Assembly: GCA_016748015.1 (NCBI GenBank)
Contig: JAAOMT010000597.1
Coordinates: 372,001-436,000, forward strand
Direction of reading: 5' to 3'
Origin: Geosiphon pyriformis uo1
Lineage: Eukaryota; Fungi; Glomeromycota
Length of the DNA: 64,000 bases
Every line of letters begins with the position of its first letter. Positions within the stretch are counted from its first letter, which is position 1. The position numbers and the translations under genes are program-made. This document shows positions 1-12,600 of this stretch, in pieces. The notes beneath the pieces are model-generated. The model was given only the letters and a program-made list of their open reading frames with translations, had not been told where the DNA came from and did not search any database.

Positions 1-495
1 CAATTGCAAGTTAGTATCCCGTCAATAGCCATAATCAAGAGCTATTGTTTCAGTGTGGTTAAGTATCAATTACTATCAACATTTCATGTTGATAGTAGAG
101 AGTTGATTGAGATAGTAAATAATTATTTATTAATATTTGTGAATTAAAAGATTGCTTAGATAAAATCTAAACTGAAAGGTCTGTCTTTTCTACTTCTAAT
201 GCTACCACTATATATACATAATTTAAGTTCTATGAAATCACTTATATTCTCGAGCAATGTGCTATAATTTTTCAAACAATGCTCACATTGCTAAGCAATG
301 TGCTATATTTTCTTGACATTGCTTTATCTTGCTGAGCAATGTACTATGATTTTTGACATTGCTCCACATTGTTAAGCAATGTGCTGTAATTTCTGACATT
401 GCTTCATATTGCTGAGCAATGTGCTCACATGCTAACTACTACTCTCTTATTGGTCTGCTATTTTTCTATATCTGTTTTCTTTTTTCTAAGTAACA
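1..495 (-). repeat. 3' LTR of A (partial)
   Basis: Matches ~9193-9688; ends GTAACA at 495 next to the PPT. Confidence 0.95.
252..424. repeat. U3 ~40-bp tandem array with ACATTGCT-N-AGCAATGT palindromes (A type)
   Basis: About 5 AGCAATGT units; same array at 9445-9617. Confidence 0.9.
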
Positions 496-510
496 TTATC
501 TCCTCTTTTT
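496..510 (-). promoter_or_regulatory. Polypurine tract of A
   Basis: AAAAAGAGGAGATAA immediately before the 3' LTR on the minus strand. Confidence 0.85.
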
Positions 511-1145
511 TAATATTGAGCTTCATCAAAATTTTTGTTTTGAATTAATTCTAATACTTCTTTTTCAAGTATTGTTTGTTCAACTCTGTTTCTCATGTCT
601 TCTACTTGTGTATTGTTCATTCTTTCTTATTGGTTAATGGTTATAGTTTCCATGTCAGAATGTAACAGTATTTCTGGATAGTTCCGAAATATGTTGTATA
701 GTTGGTATATTGTTTTAACATGTAGTGTTGAATTCATTTTCTTTTCAATAAATTTTTCAATTTGTTGTATTATGTCTTGGTTGAATATTCTCTTGGATTT
801 GTTAATATACAACTCCTGAATATTCAACTTTTGACCTAATTAGTAGTAGTAATATGATATTAGAAGTTGTTCTGTTCATTGCTTCCAATTTTCTTTTGTA
901 AGCTCTTCTGTTGGTGCCATAATAGGTATTTTCCCAAAAGTGTTCTTCACTTTTTCTATTAAGTTATCTGTCCAGTTTTTATCATTTTTTGGTGGCCATT
1001 AATATGGTGTATTTTTTGTCTTTCTTTGGGTGTTTTAATAGCAAATTATTTGGTTGTTAATAATAATTTCCATGTCTAACTGTTGTTGACTTAAGGCTTA
1101 GAACAATTGTTGAGCTATAGTGTGAATATGATCTGATATTTCCAT
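510..1145 (-). pseudogene. ORF3 of A, ~211 aa protein of unknown function, with internal stops
   Basis: ATG at 1145 (MEISDHIHTIAQQLF...) to TAA at 510-512 (...NFDEAQY); includes track ORF 627-827; homologous to 47669-48307. Confidence 0.8.
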
Positions 1146-1200
1146 TTTTCTTGGTTGCTTTTGTCATGTATACTGTGTCTTTATATATTCTTTTGGTTGT

Positions 1201-2583
1201 TCAATTTAACGTGTTTGGTTTGATAACTATGATTGGTTCTAGATCTCATGGAATCTTATCTGATTGAACTAGTATTCTTTATATTCCTAGTTGTGAAATA
1301 TTATTGGTGGATGATAATGCTATCTGGTGATATGGTTTTAGTTGATCATTATGTGCTGCTTTGGCTAAGATTTTGTTGTCTCATCTTAATTTATAAGCTC
1401 TATTTCTTAGAATTTCTTCTATGTGAAATGGTCCATTTTATTTGGGATCAAATTTTCTACTCCATTGTTTTTCTACTTTGGTATAATATAATAATACTTT
1501 GTTTTTAATCTTGAATTCAACTGGTTTATCTGGTAGTTGGTTATCATGTCATTTTTTTTGCTTTTCTTGTGACTTTTGGATATTATCAGCTGTTTTTTGT
1601 CATCTGTTTTCTAGTGTTTCCATTAAGTCATATGTTCTTCTCAACAATGTTTTTTGAAAATTATTTTCTATTATTGGCTCAGTTGGATATGTATTAACCT
1701 CTATCTCAACTGATAATGTTGCTGTTCTATTGTATACCAATTCAAATAGTGTTGCTTGTGTGGTATCTTGCTTCATTGTCTAATAAGTAAATAATACTGA
1801 TGGTATAAACAAATTTTATTTGTCTTGGTTTTCTTGACTGATTTTGGCGATGGCTTCACACAATGTTTTGTTAAACCTTTCGACTAGTCTATTTGTTTGT
1901 GGATAATATAGTGATGATAATAATCTTTTTATCCCAAATCTTTGACTTAATTCTGTCAATGTTCTATTTACAAAGTGAGTTCTTTGATCTAATAATAGTT
2001 CTTTTGGACATCTATATTAACATATCAAATCTTGATAAATGAATTTGGCAATGGATTTTGTATCTACTCTTTGAATGGCTTTTGCTTCTGGCCATTTTGT
2101 GAGATAGTATATAGCTACTGCAATATATCTGTTGTCTTTGCTGGTTATTGTTAATGGTCTGACCAAGTCAATTTCAATGTAATCGAATGGTTGTCCCACT
2201 CTGATCAGTTTCAATGGTTTACTGGGTTTTGTTCCACCTTTTCTTTAACAAGCATCACAATTTTGAACATAATAGATAATGTTTGAATACATTAATAGCC
2301 AATAGTATCTTTTTCTAGTTCTTTCCATGATTGCTTCTTTATAAAAATGTCCTGCTGTTGGATCTGAGTGCATGTTGAACAATATTGTCTCTTTTTCTGG
2401 TTTTGTAATTACTCTTGTTGGTTGGTCTGAAGTTTTTCTGTTTTTCCAGTAAAGTATATTTTGATAATTGATAAAATATTTTGATTGTTGTTTTATGTTG
2501 TTTTGTTTCTTTTGAGATAATTTCTCTTTGAACAATTGGGTATTTATATAATGTTAAAGTTGTTGGTATTTTTGTATATTTAT
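1201..2583 (-). pseudogene. Integrase of A (HHCC, DDE, GPF module; no chromodomain)
   Basis: HSDPTAGHF..CDAC, PFDYIEIDLV..YLTKWPEA; 461 codons, the same span as in F. Confidence 0.9.
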
Positions 2584-2613
2584 CTTTTGTTATATTTTTG
2601 GGTTGAAATGTTT

Positions 2614-5600
2614 TTAGATTTGTCTTATTCACGACAGTCCATTAGCATTTCTATTGTCTTTTCTCTTTTTATAATGTACTGTATAATTAAATGATGAAAG
2701 TTCTATTTTCTATCTGGCATGACAATTGTCTCCAAATTCTTGTTTCTGAATTGAAGTCAATTCTTTGTGATCAGTATATACATTAAACTTTTGACTTAAG
2801 TATTTTTTTTATTTGATAATAGCCCAATAGATAGCTAAGTGTTCTAGTGCTGGAGTTCTATAGTTTTTTTCCGCTGAACTTAAGCTTTAGCTGGCATATG
2901 CTACTGGATGTTCTCTTCTATCTGGTCTTTTTTGTAATAGTACTGCTCCCAATGCTTGACTAGATGCATCAGTTGTAATTATGAATGACTTGCTGTGATC
3001 TGAATAGATTAGTACTGGGGCTTAAATAAGTTTTCTTCTCAATGTATCAAAAGCTTTTTGTTGAGTTTCAGTCCATTCATATTTGGTGTTCTTTGTTTGA
3101 AGTTGGTGTAATGGTTGAGCTATTTTGGAAAAGTCTTTGATAAAGCAGCAGTAGTATCCAGCAAATCCTAAGAATGCTCTCAATTCTGTGAGATTATTTG
3201 GTACTAGAAAGTTCTTAACAATCTCAATTTTGTCTGGATTTGTTTTGATTCTATTTTTGCTTACCACATGTCCCAAAACTTGAGTTCAGTTTTTCTAAAG
3301 AAACATTTGGTTGCATTTAGTTTCAATCCAGCTCTTCTTAATCTTTTGAACACTTGTTGAAGATGATGCAGATGATCATCAAATGTTTTTGAGAACACAT
3401 TGGTGTTATCCAAGTATACAACTACTGATTTTTATAGTAATCCAATATAGACAATTTCCATGAACCATTGAAATGTTGCTGGAGCATTCATCAAGCCAAA
3501 TGGCATAACTTCAAACTCAAAATTTTCCTCTCTTGTAGTAAATGCTGTTTTCTCCTTGTTGTCTGAGTTTATGGCTACTTGTCAGTAACTACTATCTAAA
3601 TCCAGTGTCAAGAACCATTTATTTCTTCCAAAAGCATTGAATAGTTCTTGGATTTTTGGAGTTAGATAACTATCACCTTTAATCATTCCATTCAGTTTTC
3701 AATAGTCAACACAAAAACAGATTTTTCCATTCTTCTTATGGACCAGTACCACTGGTAATGACCATGGGCTTATTGATAGTTAAATTAGCCTATTGTCAAG
3801 CATCTGATTGATTTCTTGATAAATGATTTCATGGCTAGCTGGTGGTATTCTGTATGCTTTTTGTTTAATTGACATTGCATCTCTAGTCTTGATTTGATGC
3901 TAGATGATGTTGGTGTGGCCAAATTTATTTTCACTAGCAAAGATGTCATTGAAATTGCTAAGTAACATCTTTAATTGCATCTGTTGGAGTGGATTTAGAT
4001 TTCCTATGTTTATTTGTTCTAATTGTTCTGGTTGAAGCAGATAACATTCACTTCATTTATAGATGGTTTGTGATGTAATGTCCACATATTCACAAAGCTG
4101 TGGAAAATCTGGAATGTGGTTTGGTGGTTGATCCTCAACTTTGGTGGTTAAATATCCAATAATGGTTCCCTTTGGTATTTTAATAACATTTCTGGTTGTG
4201 TTGTAGATGAGAATTTTAATGTTTTTGGGGCTTTTGGCTGATATGTAAAGATTAGTGAGTTCAATCTCTCTTGATTTGCAAATGGTAGCTTCTGCTTCAA
4301 ACAACTGAGCTTGATTCTTTACTTCTCTTTTTATGGCTAATATATACTAATCATATGGTAGAATGGAAATGGATTGACAAGTTGAGATAATTTTTCCTTT
4401 GTCATATTAACTGGTACAGCTATTCTACTTATTGATCCAAAACCCTGTATTTCTCTAGCTGTAATCCCTAATTCTTTTCTGTTTTTCACTAATACTAATT
4501 GAGCTACTTTTACCAGAGGCAGGAATATTGCTTGTGCTATTTTTTTACTTGGCTTTATGATATAGGCCTTTTCCGAATCATTTTGTAGCATAGCAATAAT
4601 ATTTTCTACATATCCTGCATTAATTATTTCTCTTCTGATGTTAACTTCCTTTCTGGCTAAGCTACTCCTAGATGCTAACTAAACCATTGTTGTTGCTGGA
4701 ATTTCTAGTGCTATTTTAAGATCAATGCAAGTGCACAAATGGGGTTTTAATTTGATGGAATTTTTTCTCAGATATCTCAGATTAAACCTTGTATCTGTAT
4801 CATGCACACATTCTGGCATAATGCCTTCATTGTTGTCACTATACTATTTGAGTTTTTGTTCCTTGAAAAGATCAGAAAGTATGATGTATGTTTTGGGGTT
4901 TGAATCAGAGTTCAAATTGCTATTATTTTCTTTGCTATATTGAGTAGAACTGGAACTGTTGTTTTTATCATCATTATTGTTGGTGTTTGAATTGGGATTG
5001 TAAATTGATTCTGATTCCAATGTGCAGCTGCCAATTGGTTTTTCCTCTTCTGAAATTGTGTAGGTCATACATAATGGTGAATTGTAAATAAGTTTATACT
5101 CATTACAATATTAGAAGTCACATAGTCTTGTGTTTATTTCTTCTAACCATTGCTCTTATTTCTTTCTAGTAGATGCTAATTCCTGGTAGTGTTCATGGAA
5201 TTGCTCTGGATCCAGGAGGTTTATGACTGGTTCTGGGTCCCAGTCAAGTTTTATGAGTTCTGGTGGGTTGTTTTTAATTGTCCTTATTTTTTCTGGTAAC
5301 ACTCCTTCAATTTTGGCAATTGTCATTCTTTATATCTCATTATCATTGTATGGACAACTGTCTAATTGCTGTATGGCTCTTTTCCATGTGGCTTCTATTG
5401 GTGTTTCTTTCTTAATCCAGTCACTGATAAGAATCATGTATTAACACGAAGTGTCACACATTTTTTCTTGACCAGGAATGTCGTTCCACATTCCTTCATC
5501 AAGTAATGTTTCTCCACAAGCTAAACAAGGTTTGTTGTCCCATTTTTCTTGCTGTTTTGGACGTCCAAAGCATTTTATGATGCATGCATGGCAGTAGAAT

Positions 5601-8600
5601 TTGGTCACTGTTAAGTATTCCTTATTGTTGCCACAGCATATGCCCATTGACAACAATTTCTTGCCACAATCAATGCATATGAGTTTTAATTGATAATAGG
5701 TGAATTGTTGTAGGGTAGTGTAGATGTAGTCATTATAAGTAGTGGTTGGTGTTGGATCTTTTTTCTCCTCTTTCCCTTTTTCTTTATTGTTAGCTTTTTT
5801 CCATTTCCACATTGTTATTTTGTCTTGATTGTTGTTGGTTTTTCAGGCTCAGTCGGAATTCTAAGTAGGTTCTTCTTTCTGCTTTCCTTTGTTGTTATTG
5901 TCCCAAAAGAATATTGGTGGCAACTCATTGTGGTTTTTGTCAGCCCAAGACACTTGATAGGCTTTCCAGATAGGTTTTTTTTCTTCTTCCTCAAACCCAA
6001 TAAGAGGTGCTAACATATTGGTTAGCTTGAAGTGGTCACACATAGCTGGTACATGTGTGTGGCAACTGTTTTGGCTAAGTTAGAGCTCTTGCATCATCCA
6101 GTCCAGTATGGCATTGGTTTTAGACAACCAGTTATTTCCTACTAATGCCTAATATTGAGTTGCTTCCATTACTAGGACTTTAATGGGAGTGATAATACTA
6201 TTAACTTCAAAAGAAAGTCATCAATTTCACTAATAAGAGTTTTGGTTGCTTTATCAGCAGTGATTATGTGACCACTAGCAGTGTAATCAACTCAGCAACC
6301 TAATTGGTCCATGAATTGTCATGTAATGATCCTGCCAGCTGATCCACTGTCTAGTATCAGTTTAATGGTGTGACCATCAACTTTTGTGTCAGTGTACATG
6401 GTGGTAATCAGTTTGGTGTTAAGAGTGGCTCCACTGAATAATAAAACTGGTGTGGTTTCCTCTAATTCAAATGGAAAAATTGTGGCTAGCAATTTGTCAT
6501 TGGTTACAGTGGCTGGAGGTATATTGTTAGTAAGTAGTTTGTATTGGTTGGGTTTCTGGTTGTTGGGTAAGGTGTTTTCTGAGATAACCAGAAGACTTAA
6601 ATAGTGTTGGACATTCAGGTTTTGGGAGTTTCCAGTGCCCGAATTCCATTGTCGATATCTTGATGGTTGTGTTGTAAAATTGGAGATTGGTTAATGGACC
6701 ATCATCAATGATATCCAGCTTTGTTGTGCCAGTTTTGGTCTTTGTGTTCTATTTTAAAGTAAGTTTTGTGGCAGTGTTTGAATTTGTAGGGGCTGATAAA
6801 TTACCTGGGGCTGTGGCTGATAAATGGGTTGGGATTGCAGGTGATAAATGACAGGTGCTGTTGGCTGATAAATTGGTAGTTAATAAATTTGCAGCTGCAT
6901 TATAAGTATGTAATTTGGTTGATATATTTCTGTATTTGACTGATAACTTGGAGTTAAAAACCTGCGATTGGAGTTTTGATATTGATTTTCTGATCATTGA
7001 TTTTCTATTCTTGACTGACAATTGATTTTCAAATGTCTTTGTTTATCACAGTAGTGGCAGATATGCGTCTTTTGCTGCCATAGTTGATTAGATAATGATG
7101 AGGAACACCACTGATTTTGTGAATGATTTGTGATTCCTAAATTATTGCATTATTGGGATAATTGATAAATTGTGTGATTGTTAGCTAAGTACCCTTCAAG
7201 CTTCTGGTTAATAGAATCACTGAATTGTTTCAATTTAGAATCCAATTCAGATGATCTATTCATTACTAGATTTACAGTTTGGGCATGATTAGCTTTGAGT
7301 TTGGCTGCTTTAAAATCTCTGGTGTTAATAACTGCAGCTTAAAGGTCTGTTGGATATATTGGGTGTACACGTTAGAAGATACTACTGTGCAGTCCTTTGA
7401 TGAATTGATTTAAGATTTGTGGTGCTGTAAAATAATCTGCTTGGATTGCTTGTATTTGGCACAGATTTCTATAAAAGCATCCTAAGTACATAGTGACTGC
7501 TTCATTTTCTCTTTGCTTAATGATGATGAAAGTATTTGCCAATTGGTTGATGCTATTATTATTACTAAAATATTGTAGGAATGCAAGCTTGAATGTATTA
7601 AAATCCTAGGGTTTGTTGGCTAGGCTTTGATACCATAAGTTGGCGGTATTCTGAAGAAAATAAGGGATGGCTTGGAGGGCTCTTACATCATTTTATCTGT
7701 TGGTTATGATGGCCTTTTTAATATCATTGAGCCATATTTGGGCATCGTTTTCTTTACCTGTAAACTTTTCTAGTTTCACTATTGGAGCATAGATCATTGG
7801 ATCTAAGTTCAGTTGTTGTTGTGGCTGTTAAAACAGCTGTTGAGATTGTTGAAGCAGTGATTGAATAGGTTGCTGAAGAGGTGGCTGGGGGATTGGTTCA
7901 AGTATCAGTTCAATTGGTGGCTGGTCAATGACAATTATTAGAAGTAAGTTTTGCTAATTAATTGCTTCAGAGTTTGGATTGTTTTGCATTTGCTGGGTTT
8001 TAATGTTTGGAGTTTCAACTTCTGGATTTTCTAAGATCGAGTTCTGGTAAGTAAATTCTTGATCTTCGGCTTCTTCTTCTTCTTCCTTTTCTAATTCTGT
8101 TATCTTCCAGGGACTTGCATTTCCGAAATCTGGTTGGAGTGGCAGTGATCAGAATCTTGATGGTGTTAGAAATTGTGATTTAAATCCTTCAAAGTAGTTG
8201 CTGTAAATTTCTAGTAACTCTGCTTTTTTTTGTTTACTTTAAATGAGTGTTGACCAAATATTAATGTCACGTGTGATGTGAACACGCTTGTTAATGAGAT
8301 GTTGATGGTGTTTTCTGAGATGTAATAGTATGATGAGTTTGTTGAGAATTCAACTCTGGTTTTTTTCCAAGTATGTGGTTGTATTTGTTTTAGTGTCTCT
8401 GTTGGTATTTGTAGTTTTCCTTTTTTTTTGTTTATGTAGGTAATTGGGAATTGTTGTTGTGTGTATCTTTTAATAATTTGATTGATTTCCCTGATGATTG
8501 GTGCAAAACTGTAGTTTCTTGGTAAGCTAGTATGTTGAAATAGTTCTGTATAGAAATTTTCTCTTGCAGATTCAATGTTAACTGCTCCTCCTAAGCAGTC

Positions 8601-8744
8601 TGTGATTTTATCATTGATGTAGAAATTAAAAGCAGATTCTGCTAGAAAGTGGTTATTGTTTAGTCCTAATTGTTGGCTGTATTGTTGAAACAAGATTTTG
8701 GCGAATCCTAAATGGTTTGCTTCTATGTTTTCTGATTCTGCCAC
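2614..8744 (-). pseudogene. gag-protease-Cys-rich-dUTPase-RT-RNaseH polyprotein of A (decayed)
   Basis: Gag KLEKFTG/WLND and a CCHC knuckle; LDSGSAG near 6340; YLDN near 3410; RH TTDAS near 2970. Confidence 0.9.
4430..4815 (-). pseudogene. dUTPase domain of A
   Basis: SRSS, IINAGYV, KIAQAIF and REIQGFGS motifs. Confidence 0.9.
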
Positions 8745-8787
8745 TTTTGGATAATTGCTGTTGGTGCTGGTTTTCTGTAGGATTATA

Positions 8788-8804
8788 TCTCACAGGAAGC
8801 ACCA
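8788..8804 (-). promoter_or_regulatory. Primer-binding site of A (consensus TGGTGCTCCCTGTGAGG)
   Basis: Starts TGG 2 nt after the LTR end; same motif in B, F, E and G. Confidence 0.9.
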
Positions 8805-8806
8805 AA

Positions 8807-9688
8807 TGTTACAGATAATTATTTGGGGTCTCAAATCAAATAACAAATCCATAACTTGGTGCTTGGTTGTTGATATCTAAAGGGTTTATGGATCTGAAAG
8901 TCTTTGTTGTAAAGTCTTTTGTATAATAAACAGAGATTTAATTGATGGTTTTATCTGTAGCTTTTCAAAACTGCAGTTTTGTCAAATTTTTTTCTTAGTA
9001 TGGTGGCCAGTAATCCTTCTGGTAAGCTATTCTCAAATCTATGAGTGTTCTATTCTTGTTTCACAGATCTTTTACCAGTCCCTATGACGTCTGTATTTCA
9101 GCACTTAATTTTTAATCAATTTAGTAAAACCAAAGAAATAACAAAAAAAGAAAACAAAAGAAAACAAAAAAAAATACAAAAACAAGTAAAAGCAATTGCA
9201 AGTTAGTATCCCATCAATAGCTATGATCAAAAACTATTGTTCCAGTGTGGTTAAGTATCAATTACTATCAACATTTTATGTTGATAGTGAAGAGTCGATT
9301 GAAATAGTGAATAATTATTTATTAATATTTGTGAGTTAGAAGATTGCTTAGATAAAATCTAAACTGAAAAATCTGTCTTTTTTTACTTCTAATGCTACCA
9401 CTATATATACATAATTTGGGTTCTATGAGATTGCTTACATTCTCGAGCAATGTGCTATAATTTCTCAAACAATGCTTACATTGCTGAGCAATATGCCATA
9501 TTTTCTTGACATTGCTCTATCTTGCTAAATAATGTGCCATGATTTTTGACATTGTTCCACATTGCTAAGCAATGTGCTGTGATTTCTGATATTGCTCCAC
9601 ATTGTTGAGCAATGTGCTTATGTGCTAACTACTACTCTCTTATTAGTCTGCTATTTTTCTATATCTGTTCTCTTTTTTCTGAGTAACA
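8807..9688 (-). repeat. 5' LTR of A (882 bp)
   Basis: TGTTAC..GTAACA ends, TATA box near 9405, U3 array 9445-9617. Confidence 0.95.
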
Positions 9689-12600
9689 TTGCCTAGGAAT
9701 GTTATTCCATATTCCTTTATTTAAAAAAGTTTTTCCACAAGCCAAGCATGGTTTATTATCCCATTTTCCCATTTGTTTTAGTCTTCCAAAGTGTTCAATA
9801 ATGTATGGACAGCAATAAAACTTAGTTGCCATCTGGTATTTCTTGTTGTTGCTACAGCATGTGCTCATTGATGACAATTTCTTGCCACAATCAATACATA
9901 TGAGCTTTGATTAGTAATAAGTAGATTGTTGTAGTGTAGTGTAGGTATAGGAATTATAAGTGATGGTACTGGTGGGTGTTGTTTCTTTTTCTTTTTTTTT
10001 TCTCTTTCCCTTGTCAGTTTTTTCTTACTCCCAAGTTAATGATTTGTTTATGTTATTATCAGTTCTCCAGACTTGGTTGACATTTCAGATAAGTTTTTTT
10101 TTTTGTTTTTCTTTTCTGTTGTTACTCTAGGAAGGTATTGACAGTAACTCATTGTGGTTATCTTCAGTTCATAACATTTAATAAGCTTTTCAGGTAGGTT
10201 TCTTCTCTTTTTCCTCAAACTTAATAAGTGGTGCTAGTGTGTTGGTAGTCTTGAAATGGCCACACATGACTGAGATGCATGTGTGTTGATTATTCTGGCT
10301 AAGTTGAAGCTTTTGTATGTTCCAATCAAGCGTTGTGTTGGTTTTGAACAGCCAGTTATTGCCAATGAGTGCTTGGTATTGAGTGGCTTTTATAATTAAT
10401 ACTTTAATTGATATGATGATGCTATTGACTTCAATGGGTAGGTCATCTATTTCACCAATTAGAGTCTTGGTGGCTCCATTAGTTGTAATTATCTTTGCAC
10501 TGGCAGTTCAATCAACTTGGCAACCTAATTGGTTCATAAGCTGTCTTGTAATAATGCTGCCAGCTAATCCACTATCTAGGATTAGTTTGATAGAATGGCC
10601 ATTAATTTTGGCATCAGTATATATCACAGTGATGGGTTTTTCCTTGAGGGCAGCTCTATTAAACAAAGAAACTTCTGATGGTTCTTTGATTTCAAAGAGA
10701 AATATAGCTACAAGTGACTTGTCTTCTATAATGGTAGCTGGTAAAATGTTACTAGTAAGTATTAATTGTTGGTTGATTTCTGGGTTATTGGATTGGGCAT
10801 TTTCTGGAGTAACCAGGAGACTTAAATAGTATTGGAAATTCAGGTTTTGTGCATACCCAGTTCCCGAATTCTAAGACTGTAATCTTAATTGTTGTGTAGA
10901 GAAGCTGGGGATTAGTTGGTAAATAACTATTGCCAATCTCCAATTTTAAGTGACTTTTTATCTAGGGTTTTTTAATGTCATCTGAGCTGAGTTTGATGAT
11001 AGTGTTTGAATTGTAAGTGTCTAATAAATTATTTATGGCTGCAGTGGTTGATATATTACTTGTGGCTATGGTTGATAGATTAGAGTTTGATATATGGTTG
11101 GTTGATAAACAGACTGTTGTGTCATTAGCAAGTAAGTAAATTAGTATTAATCTTAATTTGCATAATAATTTGGCATTTGAAGTCTGTAATCAGAGTTTTT
11201 ATATTGATTTCCCGATCATATGTTACTATAAAAATAGCAGTTAGCTCAGATATGGTCTTGTTTACCACAGTTGTGGCAGACACATGTCTCTGGTTGTCAT
11301 GACTGATTGGATGATGATGATAAACATGACTGATTTTGGAAATGATTCACATTTTCTGAATTATTGTGTCATTGTAGTGGTTGATAAATTGCACAATTGT
11401 CAATTAAGTATCCCTTAATTTTCTGATTGATCAAATTACTAAATTGCTTTAATTTGGAATTCAAGTCAGATAATCTATTTATTACTAGATTTACGGCTTA
11501 AGTGTAATTAGCTTTTAATTCAGCTGATTTAAAATTCCTGGCACATGTGATTGCATCTTGTAGGTTGACTGGATGTAGTGACTGTATGCATTGCAGGATG
11601 CTACTGCATAATTCACAAATAAACTGATTCAGGATCTGGGCTGTAATAAAATAATCGGCATCAATGGCTTGTATTTGGTGCAGATTTTAATAAAAACATT
11701 CTAAGTAAGTGGTGATTGCTTCAGTATCTCCCTGTTTGATGGTAGTGAAGATGTTGGCCAAGCAATTAATACTGTTGTTGTTACTAAAATATCTTAAAAA
11801 TTCCAATTTAAATGCATCAAATGTTTGGGGTTTCTGAGTTAAGCTATAATATCACAAGTCAGTAGCATTCTAAAGAAAATAAAGAATTGCTTAAAGAGCT
11901 CTGGCATCATCCCAGTTATTGGCAGTGATGGCTTTGGTAATGTCATTGATCCATGTTTGGGCATTGTTCTCTTCACCAGAAAATTTTTCTAGCTTTGTGA
12001 TGGGTGCGTATGTCATTTGTGTGATCAGTTGTTAAATAGGTTGCTAAAGTGGCTGCTGTTGAATCAGTTCAATAATCAGTTCAATTGGTGGCTGATTGAT
12101 AATGATTACTGAAGGTAAGTTTTGTTGATTAATTGTTTTGGGGTTTGGATTGTTTTGAGTTTACTGGGTTTGAATGTTCAGAGTTTCAACTTCCAGATTT
12201 TTTAGGATTGGGTTTTGGTAAGTAAATTTCTGATCCTCACTTTTTTCTTCTTCTGATTCTATTACTTTCTATAAACTCACAGTTTCGAAATCTGGTTGAG
12301 GTGGTGGTAATCAAAATCCTGATGGCATTGGTGATTATAATTTAAATTCTTCAAAATATTTGCCATATGATCCTAATAACTCTGCTCTTTTTTGTTTACT
12401 TTGAAATGGGAATTGTCCAAAGATTGGTGTTGCATTTGATGTAAATATGTCTGTTAAAGAAATATTAATAGCACTTTTTAGTGTATAATGATATAATAAA
12501 TTAGTTGGTGATTCAACTCTGGTCTTTTTCTAAGTGGATGGTTGTATCTTTTTGGGTGTTACTGCTGGTGTTTACAATCTTCCTTTGCCTTTGTCTGCAT

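Larger units (their letters stand above)
1..9688 (-). mobile_element. Ty3/Gypsy LTR retrotransposon A (family alpha, dUTPase-bearing), left end outside window, inserted in element B
   Basis: LTR copies 1-495 and 8807-9688 (TGTTAC...GTAACA), PBS, PPT, degenerate gag-PR-DUT-RT-RH, INT and ORF3. The right flank resumes B coding sequence (WNNIPRQ). Confidence 0.95.

Noticed and set aside
252-424. CRISPR-like array (also the other short arrays)
   Set aside because: Spacers are themselves similar, arrays are duplicated within LTRs, there are no cas genes, and the context is eukaryotic
6749-7021. Ser/Thr-rich ORFs (also 53741-54199) as overlapping genes
   Set aside because: Shadow frame of the Gln/Pro/Tyr-rich (IYQP) Gag C-terminus
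9659-9877. 72-aa Cys-rich ORF as an independent gene
   Set aside because: A fragment of B's Pol insert fused to the end of A's LTR
10383-10829. Recurrent antisense ORFs over the protease (also 6386-6604, 53492-53782) and other hydrophobic antisense ORFs
   Set aside because: Explained by strand composition bias and homology among copies; starts and lengths are not conserved
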